Origin: Candidatus Heimdallarchaeum aukensis
GTDB lineage: Archaea; Asgardarchaeota; Heimdallarchaeia; Heimdallarchaeales; Heimdallarchaeaceae
Assembly (NCBI GenBank): GCA_021513695.1
Contig: CP084166.1
Coordinates: forward strand, 480,001 to 544,000
Length of the DNA stretch: 64,000 nucleotides
Reading direction: 5' to 3'
The position numbers were made by a program, and so were the translations under genes. The notes under the pieces were generated by a model. That model made no database searches and was not told the origin of the DNA. It saw nothing but the letters and a program-made list of their open reading frames with translations. Position 1 is the stretch's first letter, and every line of letters begins with the position of its first letter. Positions 46,379 through 54,615 of this stretch are shown piece by piece.

Positions 46379-46840
46379 ATGAAAATTAATTTAATTTCTA
46401 GGAAAAAAAGCTTGATATTTGGGGTTCTATTGGTTTTAGTGATATCTCTTTCATGGGGAGTGAGAGCAGATAGCAACATGAAACTTTCAATTACCACAGC
46501 ATATTACTGTGACATTGATGGAGATGGATTTGAAGATGATATTTATGCAGAAGCAATAGTATTAGCAGATGAAGGATTCAAATTTTACTACATGGAATAC
46601 TCTTTAATTTACCCATCAGGAAATGTTTATTCTGATGATCATACATATTACACCTTTGATAGTGAAACAACTTTTGTTTTCAGATTAACAAATGCTGCTA
46701 CAGAATCAGGATGGTATACATTAGAAATAACTCTATACGTATTAACTGGTGGTGGAATAACAGTTCTTTACGATAGCTTAGAGTTCGATCCCCCTGGTGG
46801 AAGTGGAGATGAACCAATAGGTGGAGGAGTTTCTCCCTAA
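46379..46840 (+). CDS. Small secreted protein
   Basis: The signal-like N-terminus is MKINLISRKKSLIFGVLLVLVISLSWGVRA. The tail is Gly-rich. The called upstream extension overlaps the Nre start region and is AT-rich low-complexity sequence. Confidence 0.45.
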   Translation: MKINLISRKKSLIFGVLLVLVISLSWGVRADSNMKLSITTAYYCDIDGDGFEDDIYAEAIVLADEGFKFYYMEYSLIYPSGNVYSDDHTYYTFDSETTFVFRLTNAATESGWYTLEITLYVLTGGGITVLYDSLEFDPPGGSGDEPIGGGVSP

Positions 46841-46874
46841 ATCTTGCTGAAAAAATAGAAGAAAAAAGAAATTA

Positions 46875-46926
46875 AAACTCCTTAGGTTTTAATTTTTATT
46901 TCCGTCGCTCGCCCCCTAAGGAGTTT
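46875..46926 (+). terminator. Perfect 12-bp stem hairpin followed by a T-rich tract
   Basis: aaactccttagg (46875-46886) and cctaaggagttt (46915-46926) are separated by a 28-nt loop and followed by ctttcttttatttctttct. The hairpin begins 35 nt after the stop at 46840. Confidence 0.3.
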
Positions 46927-47024
46927 CTTTCTTTTATTTCTTTCTGATTTAAACTCTACTAGTTACCTATTGTAAAAAATACTTTAATATTTAGTCAGAA
47001 AGAAATAAGGGGCAAAAATAGGAG

Positions 47025-48260
47025 GTGAAAAAAATATATAGAATTCCTTTATTACAAGTAAAAATAATTCATGCATTACAAGATAACCCTTTGGCTTCTT
47101 ATGAAGAGATAGCAAAAAAGGTTAAAATTCCTCTTACCACACTATACAGGAAAATAAGATCACTAGAAGAAAAGAAGATCATTAGAAACACTCTTTCATC
47201 CAAAATAGCTGAAAAAATAGGTTTAACCCGCTATACATTTGAATTTAAGATAAAGTCACTTGAACAGTTTCAACTAATGCAGCTTGCTTTTCATGAGCAT
47301 CCTTTTACTTATCATTATAACAGATTTTACGGAAACCAATTTGGTTTTTATGCTAAATTTGACATTCCTGAAGGAGGAATAAAGTATTTTGAATTATTCT
47401 TAAAAGAATTAATAAATAGAGAAATGTGTGAAAGTTACAACCTATATGCATCTACAGGCCATTGGGTGGATATTCAAGAGCCTATACCAAACACAAAGCT
47501 AAATCCAAAAAGTTTCAACCTTGTTGAATTCTGGGGAAAAAGACAAGAGATGAAAGAAACAAATGGAGAGAAAATTGAGAAAATTGATATAAAAAAATTA
47601 CATCCTATTCAACTTTTAATACTTCGAGATATAAACAGGAATGCTAAGCAGAAACAGAAAGACCTTTTAGAACTTTACAAAAAAGCTTTAGAGAATGAAA
47701 AAGTGAATTCAGAAGAAACAAAAATCATTCCAGAGGCATACAAATCATTCATTGAAGAATTTTTTGAAGGTAGAAGTCATGAAGCAATAATGATGGACTT
47801 TAATCGTAAATATAAATTCGTTTTTGAAAATTTAGTCACTAATTTCAGAATTAACTTTTCTCGTAACTATTTTGAGATATATCCTATGCAAGCTTATGTT
47901 ATTAAAGATATAAGCTCTGAAGAAAGTTTCCAAACTTTAAACTTATTCAAAAAATATAGACCACCTTTCAGAGCAGGTATTGATATATTAAACAGAGGAT
48001 TGTTCATTGCTGTTACTCTCCCACCGTTCTATGCTTCAAGATTCTCATACTTAATATATAGTTCCTATTCTGATTTTAAATTTTATAACATGGACTTCTT
48101 TGGAGAGCATGGTGTGGCTTATCCTTTCTATGTAAATAACTTTGATCCAATAAAAAATGAATGGAAAACAGATAAAAAATGGATAGTAGATGATGTATTT
48201 TCAAGAATTGATGGAAAACTAAACAATGGTAATTATGGTGAAAACAACAATCACCATTAA
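47025..48260 (+). CDS. Lrp/AsnC-type HTH domain protein with a long uncharacterised C-terminal region
   Basis: The N-terminus is IIHALQDNPLASYEEIAKKVKIPLTTLYRKIRSLEEKKII. A second HTH-like stretch is LLILRDINRNAKQKQKDL. The start codon is uncertain because the GTG sits inside GGAGGTGA. Confidence 0.55.
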   Translation: MKKIYRIPLLQVKIIHALQDNPLASYEEIAKKVKIPLTTLYRKIRSLEEKKIIRNTLSSKIAEKIGLTRYTFEFKIKSLEQFQLMQLAFHEHPFTYHYNRFYGNQFGFYAKFDIPEGGIKYFELFLKELINREMCESYNLYASTGHWVDIQEPIPNTKLNPKSFNLVEFWGKRQEMKETNGEKIEKIDIKKLHPIQLLILRDINRNAKQKQKDLLELYKKALENEKVNSEETKIIPEAYKSFIEEFFEGRSHEAIMMDFNRKYKFVFENLVTNFRINFSRNYFEIYPMQAYVIKDISSEESFQTLNLFKKYRPPFRAGIDILNRGLFIAVTLPPFYASRFSYLIYSSYSDFKFYNMDFFGEHGVAYPFYVNNFDPIKNEWKTDKKWIVDDVFSRIDGKLNNGNYGENNNHH

Positions 48261-48399
48261 TTTTTTTATTTTGCACCAAAAGTGTATAATAATTGACTAG
48301 ATATCAACAGTAATTCTTCTTAAATACTCAATTGTTTTTTGCAATTTTTTTGTCTTCAAAAATAGAATAGTTTTTGTATTTGAAGAAAAATAATTACTT

Positions 48400-49512
48400 A
48401 TGGTATCGAGTGAGTTAGAATTATACATAAAAATAGCGCAAATAACTCTTATAACATTTATTCTTGCATACTTTATCTACAGAAGAATAAAAGATAAGAT
48501 TACTGGATTTAACTGGTTTATTTTCTTATTCATTTCAGCCTTAACTCAAGGTATTGTTGAAATGATTTTATATGGATTAACATCAAATGGTTCTATTTCA
48601 GAAAATTCTACTCTACAAGAAGTACATATCATTCCTTATGCAGTTGGGTTATTCACCTTATTCTTATATTGCGAACTAATAATGAGAGAAAGACCAAATG
48701 AGATATTATTGAGCTTTATGACTTTACTGATTGGAGCTTATTTAGCAACTTTTTCTCTAGAACTAGCTTTTAACTTAAATACAGATATCCTTCCTAAATA
48801 TCGTTTAAATAGATTAATTTTCAACATTTTCCAATTTTTTGTTCTATTGGAAGCAACACTAATGTTTGCACTGGATGCGAAGAGAGTTGAATATAAGAAA
48901 CTTAGAAGAATTTCTCTTGTTATAGCAATTGCAATAGGTACATCTGCAGTTTTTGCTTTCTTCAAAATATTGGAATACTGGGTTCTTCCTTTTTCCTTTT
49001 ATGGAGCGATACCTTATGGAATTTTATTTGGAGTTTTAGCAATTGAATTTATTGCCAATCCATTCTTTGTTTATTTGCTACCGTCAAGAATAAACAAAGT
49101 TGTAGTCATAGACGATTCTGGAGTTTTACTATTTGCTGTTAGAGTTGGAAAAGAAGAACCTGACATAATCGAAGACACATTACTTTCTGGAACACTTTCT
49201 GCTATGAAATCAGTAATAAAAGAAACAACAGGAACACAAACAGAACTTCAAAAAATAGAGTTCAGAGATAAATATATGATAGTTGCAGAGAATGAAGAAA
49301 AAACAATTTCTACGATTATTATATGCGACAGAGATTCATTTATGCTACAAACAGCAGCAAGACAATTTATCAACGCCTTTGCTAAAGAGTTTAAAGAACA
49401 TTTAGAAAAGTTTGATGGATCAATTGGTAGGTTTGGTGCTGCTACACATCTAGTGCGACGTATCTTTCCTTTTGTTCCACCTAAGGAAATAGTAGAAGTA
49501 AAAGAAAAGTAA
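48400..49512 (+). CDS. Multi-TM protein with a C-terminal longin/Roadblock-like domain (paralogue 1)
   Basis: The first ~230 aa are hydrophobic, with about 7 helices. The C-terminus reads KVVVIDDSGVLLFAV...LLSGTLSAMKSVIKETTG...LQKIEFRDKYMIVAE...ISTIIICDRDS plus a long helix. The terminal motif is RRIFPFVPP. Confidence 0.55.
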   Translation: MVSSELELYIKIAQITLITFILAYFIYRRIKDKITGFNWFIFLFISALTQGIVEMILYGLTSNGSISENSTLQEVHIIPYAVGLFTLFLYCELIMRERPNEILLSFMTLLIGAYLATFSLELAFNLNTDILPKYRLNRLIFNIFQFFVLLEATLMFALDAKRVEYKKLRRISLVIAIAIGTSAVFAFFKILEYWVLPFSFYGAIPYGILFGVLAIEFIANPFFVYLLPSRINKVVVIDDSGVLLFAVRVGKEEPDIIEDTLLSGTLSAMKSVIKETTGTQTELQKIEFRDKYMIVAENEEKTISTIIICDRDSFMLQTAARQFINAFAKEFKEHLEKFDGSIGRFGAATHLVRRIFPFVPPKEIVEVKEK

Positions 49513-49651
49513 TAAGTTAGGGTTCAATTCTCTTTTTTTTAGTTTCTCTTTTATTTGAATATTAATCAAAAAGTTGGAAGAAAAAAATAAATAGTTGTTT
49601 AAGAAGCTAGAGAATTAGCAAAACTTAATCATTAAAAAATTGTAGATAAAA

Positions 49652-50545
49652 ATGGAGATTGAAGAAAAAGATAAAGTAAAACATGCTAATAAGGATAAAG
49701 AGAATACGATATACGGAGATTTTAGATCTTTAGGTTTCCTATTTCTTTTTACAGTCTTAACGGCAACAATTCTTTCTCTCGTTGATTTTTCTGTCTTAAG
49801 TAATGCAAAATGGCTTTTATCCTTATTGTTTGTTGCAGATCTAATTTTGTTAATATTTATACTACTTGTTCATAGGAATTTTATAACTATAACAGGTTTC
49901 ATAATTACAGAACAATTAAAAGAGATGTTTATTCCAAAGAAAAGAAACAAAGAAAGATTTCTAAAAAAGATTAACAAGTGGAACAGAAAACAAAAATCAT
50001 ATATAAAAGATGCAAAAGAACTTAAAGAATTGATTCCAAAGCTTATTGGATTAACTCTAATTTATTATTTGCTTATTTTCACTATCTTGTTTGATCCCTC
50101 AGCACTAACAGGTTATGGAGCATATTTCACTGTTATGTATTGGGCTTTTATTCTCTTATATGCCTTTGTTTTTCTCTTCATTATGAGATTATTTAATAAA
50201 CATCCCTTAATTTCTGGAGGAATATTTTGGGGTCTAAATGGACTATCTGTTTTTGGTTTAAAAGTACTTAATCCTATTCCTTTGTCTTTATTACTTTATA
50301 TAGCTGGTAAGAAATCATCTGAAATGAATGATGCAATCATTAGCATTATGCAAAAAACATTAATTGCTAAATTTATTTTTGCAGTTTTAAATGTTGTTAG
50401 TGTAATTGGTATAATTGTTTATTCTTTTAGAAACGCAATGAACTTTAACTTTAGTCCAGACTTAATTGTTTTTAAAGAACAATCTGCAGAAGACAACAAG
50501 AAAGAATTTCGTGGAACTGATAACCAAATTAACAAAGAAGAATAG
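49652..50545 (+). CDS. Polytopic membrane protein, unknown function
   Basis: 297 aa, with a charged N-terminus followed by multiple hydrophobic helices. Confidence 0.5.
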   Translation: MEIEEKDKVKHANKDKENTIYGDFRSLGFLFLFTVLTATILSLVDFSVLSNAKWLLSLLFVADLILLIFILLVHRNFITITGFIITEQLKEMFIPKKRNKERFLKKINKWNRKQKSYIKDAKELKELIPKLIGLTLIYYLLIFTILFDPSALTGYGAYFTVMYWAFILLYAFVFLFIMRLFNKHPLISGGIFWGLNGLSVFGLKVLNPIPLSLLLYIAGKKSSEMNDAIISIMQKTLIAKFIFAVLNVVSVIGIIVYSFRNAMNFNFSPDLIVFKEQSAEDNKKEFRGTDNQINKEE

Positions 50546-50557
50546 ATATTCGCTAGA

Positions 50558-51320
50558 GGTAGTGTCTAGTTTTCTTCCGACAAAAATATTTGTGGGGACT
50601 CTAATAGTAAGATATGAAAACACAAAAACTATCTACTCTTTTTAAGAGATGCAGAGTCCCCAAAAAGATAATAATAAAAGCGATTTATGAATATATTGGT
50701 TCAAAGAATGGTTTGAGGACAGTAGCATGGAAGAATGGTTTAACGCATCAAACATTATGGTATTGGGTAAAGAAGTTCAGGCTCTTTAGGGAAAGTTTAC
50801 ATAGAGTTGTAGCAGAAAGAGGGGGAATACCAGAGATTATAGTAGTTGATGAAACAGAGATTAAGACCTCTCAAGGCTCAATATATCTGTGGTTCGCGTT
50901 AGATCCTTACAACAAGACTTTACTGGGTTTTAGTATTACTAAAGGACGGAGTAATCTTGAATGTTTACTAACTTTCCGTTATTGGTTCAAATGTTGGGGT
51001 TTTAAGCCCCGTATTGTCGTTACAGATGCAGGGGTATGGTATCCTGTCTTACTTCGTCTCGGTATCAAAATCTCTGTTATCAAAGGTGGTTTACGCTCCT
51101 ATATTGAACGTTTTAATGCCACCCTTAAGAGTTATCATTGGTTTCATTCTATTCTTCACTGTACTTGTCCTATCCGTGCCGTCTATGGCTCTACTCATCT
51201 TTCTGGTTTCCTTACTCTCTTTATGCTCCATTTTAATTTCGTTCGTCCTCATCAGAGCTTGGGACATCCTCCCCTTAGTTCTTTTTTACCTAGGAGGTGG
51301 TATAAAAACTAGACACTACC
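50558..51320 (+). mobile_element. Intact 763-bp IS (IS6-family-like) with 16-bp perfect IRs and a 10-bp target duplication
   Basis: IRL is ggtagtgtctagtttt (50558-50573) and IRR is aaaactagacactacc (51305-51320). The direct repeats attcgctaga sit at 50548-50557 and 51321-51330. Confidence 0.8.
50614..51312 (+). CDS. DDE transposase (rve/IS240-like)
   Basis: The N-terminal HTH is LTHQTLWYWVKKF. DDE candidates are VVDETEIK, VVTDAGVWY and YIERFNATLK, followed by FNFVRPHQSLG. Length is 232 aa, and the stop lies inside IRR. Confidence 0.8.
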   Translation: MKTQKLSTLFKRCRVPKKIIIKAIYEYIGSKNGLRTVAWKNGLTHQTLWYWVKKFRLFRESLHRVVAERGGIPEIIVVDETEIKTSQGSIYLWFALDPYNKTLLGFSITKGRSNLECLLTFRYWFKCWGFKPRIVVTDAGVWYPVLLRLGIKISVIKGGLRSYIERFNATLKSYHWFHSILHCTCPIRAVYGSTHLSGFLTLFMLHFNFVRPHQSLGHPPLSSFLPRRWYKN

Positions 51321-51372
51321 ATTCGCTAGAACTATCAAAGTTTTTAAATAAGTACTTCTTCCTTTTTCTAAT

Positions 51373-52479
51373 ATGGATTTAAATTTTGTAGTTTCACTTA
51401 CTATCGCAATTTTCATGTTTATTTTAGGAATTATTTTCATAGTTCAATCAATAATTAAGAAAAGAACAGCGTACGTTTTTACTTCTTCAATGTTTATAGG
51501 GATGATTGCTTCTCTTATAGAAGTCTTTAGAGTAAGTAAATTACCTAATTTGGATTTTAATTCAAGCGTTTTACTTGTAATTCATTTATCATTTTGGTGC
51601 TTGATGTATCTACTTTCTTTGATTTTCTTCATTCAGCTTGAAAAAGAAAAAATCTTATCCTATATACTTCCAGTCGTCATGATTATTTATGTTCTACACA
51701 TAACTTTCGGGATTTTTTGGATTTACTCTGGTTCTTTTCCTGATCAAGCTCAGTCAACAATAACTATGTTATGGGACTTAACTTACGCTCTCATGGGAAT
51801 ACTCACTTTCTCTTACGGTGCTTATGTCCATTTTAAAACTGGAATAAAAGCACATGAAAAAGAAGGTTATTTGTTAGGAGGAGCACTCATTTTAATAAGT
51901 ATTGGCTTCCTTTTGGGTTTCATTAAAGATTTAGGTGTAAAAGTTGATATTCAAAGTATTCCTGTTGGAGAAGTACTTAAATTAATAGGTATTTTCACCT
52001 TTATTATATTCTACATTGCAAAACCAGATTACATCTTCAGATTACCTTTCCAAATTACTTCAGTTCTTGTATTTAACAGACTTGGAATGTTAATCTATTC
52101 AGCACAATATTTGACTGAAGATGGTGATGAGGAAATAGATCCTGATGATACATCGATGGAGCTAATTACTGCAGCAGTAAATGCATTTTCAACCTTTATG
52201 AAAGAAACAACTGGAAGCGAAGAACCTCTAAAAAGAGTAAAAACAGGAGATAAACTTCTGATAGTAGAACAAGGAGATAAATGTTCTATAGCAATAATCT
52301 CTACCTCTTCTAGTTATTTCATGATACAAAGCATGAGGAAAGTAATTAAGGAACTAGAAAAGAGATATGAAAAAGAACTAGAACTTGATTATACTGACTC
52401 TACCTTTTTCAATGAAGTACCGAAACTTATTTCCTACTCTTTTCCATTCTTGGGAATACCAAAAAAAGAATTGTATTAA
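51373..52479 (+). CDS. Multi-TM protein with a C-terminal longin/Roadblock-like domain (paralogue 2)
   Basis: It has the same architecture as 48400-49512. The C-terminus reads SVLVFNRLGMLIYSAQ...ELITAAVNAFSTFMKETTG...LKRVKTGDKLLIVEQ...SIAIISTSSS. The terminal motif is SYSFPFLGIP. Confidence 0.55.
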   Translation: MDLNFVVSLTIAIFMFILGIIFIVQSIIKKRTAYVFTSSMFIGMIASLIEVFRVSKLPNLDFNSSVLLVIHLSFWCLMYLLSLIFFIQLEKEKILSYILPVVMIIYVLHITFGIFWIYSGSFPDQAQSTITMLWDLTYALMGILTFSYGAYVHFKTGIKAHEKEGYLLGGALILISIGFLLGFIKDLGVKVDIQSIPVGEVLKLIGIFTFIIFYIAKPDYIFRLPFQITSVLVFNRLGMLIYSAQYLTEDGDEEIDPDDTSMELITAAVNAFSTFMKETTGSEEPLKRVKTGDKLLIVEQGDKCSIAIISTSSSYFMIQSMRKVIKELEKRYEKELELDYTDSTFFNEVPKLISYSFPFLGIPKKELY

Positions 52480-52495
52480 AAAAAATCTTTTTTTT

Positions 52496-53617
52496 CTATT
52501 CTTCTTCTTTTTCAAAAGGAAAGACATAATTTAGTTTAAGATCATCGCGTAAAAAGATTAGGTCTCGAGCAATACTATCATTAATTGGTACACCATGCTC
52601 TCTTACTCTCTTTTCTGCTTCGTATTCTTTTTCTCCAGCAGTATAAATTCTTGATTCACCAGGAGCTTTTTTAGAGTTCCTGAGCTCTCTACATATCGAA
52701 CCAGAAATCTTTTTGAAAATATTTACATCAATAAAATGTTCTACGTTTATCGCAATAAAGAAATGACCAATCATAAAGTGCCTAAAAGAACCATCTTCGT
52801 TCAACCCACTTAAATCCTTTAGGAATTTTCCGTTCTGTAAAGCTGAAGATAATATCTCTACAACAGTAGAATAACCATACCCTTTATGTCCAGATAATTC
52901 TTCTCCCTTTCCTCCAAGAGGTAAAAGTGCAGCCTTTCCATTCACAAAATCAGAGATGAGCTGCTCAGCATCAGTTCTATACTCTCCAGTTTCAGTGTCT
53001 ATTACACAACCTAAAGGAAGATCTTTATTTTCCCGAGCATAAACTTCAACTTTTCCTCTTTGAATAATAGATGTAGCACAATCCAAAACAAAAGGAAAAG
53101 CTTCATCAGTAGGTATACCAAAAGTCAAAGGATTAGTGCCTAACATAGGCTCAACACCAAAAGTAGGTGCAACAGCAGGACGAGCATTTGTACCAGTAAT
53201 CCCTATACAGTTCTCTTTTACAGCCATAAGAGCATAATAACCAGCAATACCATAATGAGTACCATTACGAACAACAACCATACCTATACCAAACTTCTTA
53301 GCCTTAGAAATAGCAAGCTCCATAGCTTTATAGGAAATATAATGACCATTACCATGATGGGCATCAATAACAGCAATAGCATCTTTATCTTTAACAATTT
53401 CATATTTGCTAATAAGATGTTGCTTTCTCTTAATACGGTCATAATAATATTTTAATCGCTGAACACCATGACTTGTTATCCCGCGAAGATCTGACTCAAT
53501 TAAAACATCAGCACTAACTTGAGCTTCCTCAACAGGATAACCCAAAGAAACAAAAACATCTCGAATAAAATCATGCAATAAATCAACTGAAACATATTTC
53601 TGATTGGAATCTGTCAT
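52496..53617 (-). CDS. Ldh_2-family (malate/L-sulfolactate/ureidoglycolate-type) 2-hydroxyacid dehydrogenase
   Basis: Motifs seen: DLRGITSHGVQRLKYY, AHHGNGH, GTNPLTFGIP. Length is 373 aa. Confidence 0.75.
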   Translation of the reverse strand: MTDSNQKYVSVDLLHDFIRDVFVSLGYPVEEAQVSADVLIESDLRGITSHGVQRLKYYYDRIKRKQHLISKYEIVKDKDAIAVIDAHHGNGHYISYKAMELAISKAKKFGIGMVVVRNGTHYGIAGYYALMAVKENCIGITGTNARPAVAPTFGVEPMLGTNPLTFGIPTDEAFPFVLDCATSIIQRGKVEVYARENKDLPLGCVIDTETGEYRTDAEQLISDFVNGKAALLPLGGKGEELSGHKGYGYSTVVEILSSALQNGKFLKDLSGLNEDGSFRHFMIGHFFIAINVEHFIDVNIFKKISGSICRELRNSKKAPGESRIYTAGEKEYEAEKRVREHGVPINDSIARDLIFLRDDLKLNYVFPFEKEEE

Positions 53618-53959
53618 CTCATTCTTAACTTAAAATTAGTCAATATAAATATTGTTTAAAATAGAAAAAAAATAAAAGAAATTCAAAAAATAAATTTCCA
53701 AAAAAAATTATCTGTATTATCTTTACATTGCTAAATTAAATATAAAATATCCATACAAATAGTTTTTTAGATACTACAACAGAATATCGCATTTATTATC
53801 ATTTATAAAGAAGTAGCATTTTTAAAGAAATTTTTTTTTTGTTTTTTTTTGAAGCATACTGTTTTGCAAAAAAATGTAGAAAATGATAAATAAATCTTTG
53901 AAACAACTAAATAAAAAACTTGAAACATAACAATTAACATTTACTTTTTTGAGAAAAAG

Positions 53960-54523
53960 TTATGATTTTTTCATTTCAAGCTGATTTACCAACCATGTAA
54001 ATGCTTCGTTTACTCCTGTTCCGTTTATTGCACTGCAGTCAAACACTGCAAAAGTTCTATCTTTCATTTCTAAATGTAGTCCTAGCAATTGTATTAGCAT
54101 TGGTGCTTGTATTGATTCTGGTAGATCTTGTTTATTTGCTATTATCAGGCAAGGTATTTTTTCTAAATACGGATTGTTAAATACATGAACTTTTAATATA
54201 TCTCTCGCTTCTGGCAATCTTTCTATATCTGCTGCATCTATTACAAATATTACTGCTGAACTTCCTGGGTAATGCACTTCCCATAGAAATCTGAACTGTT
54301 TTTGTCCTGCTACATCTACTATAGTAATATTCCAATCTGCAAAGTTTACTGTATCTATGTTTTGTCCTATTGTTGGTACTGTATCTTGAAAGTCTCCTGT
54401 GTTTACATATTTCATTAATGTAGTCTTACCTGCTGAATCTAAGCCTAAAACGATAATTTTAGCCTTTTTTTCTGATTTAAGTTTTTTCCTTAACCAAGAA
54501 GAAAACGATAGTTTAGAGCTCAT
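53960..54523 (-). CDS. Arf/Arl-like small GTPase
   Basis: G1 is GLDSAGKTTL, G3 is DVAGQ, G4 is NKQD and G5 is CSA. The N-terminal basic amphipathic stretch is MSSKLSFSSWLRKKLKS. Confidence 0.8.
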   Translation of the reverse strand: MSSKLSFSSWLRKKLKSEKKAKIIVLGLDSAGKTTLMKYVNTGDFQDTVPTIGQNIDTVNFADWNITIVDVAGQKQFRFLWEVHYPGSSAVIFVIDAADIERLPEARDILKVHVFNNPYLEKIPCLIIANKQDLPESIQAPMLIQLLGLHLEMKDRTFAVFDCSAINGTGVNEAFTWLVNQLEMKKS

Positions 54524-54615
54524 TGTGTATTATTTCTTTATTCTAATTACCCATTAATAAAAATTGTCTAAGTCTTCAACAATAAAAAAAGAAAGTGATA
54601 AATCTTAAAAAAAAA

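Noticed and set aside
46900-46920. A GC-rich patch (tccgtcgctcgccccc) as part of a tRNA or other structured RNA gene.
   Set aside because: It is too short. I could derive no acceptor or anticodon arm pairing, and it is simply the loop of the 12-bp hairpin.
51014-51382. A 122-aa ORF overlapping the 3' half of the IS transposase and running past the IRR.
   Set aside because: It is an alternative frame of a well-supported transposase gene. It crosses the IS boundary and has a low-complexity hydrophobic translation caused by the C/T-rich strand.
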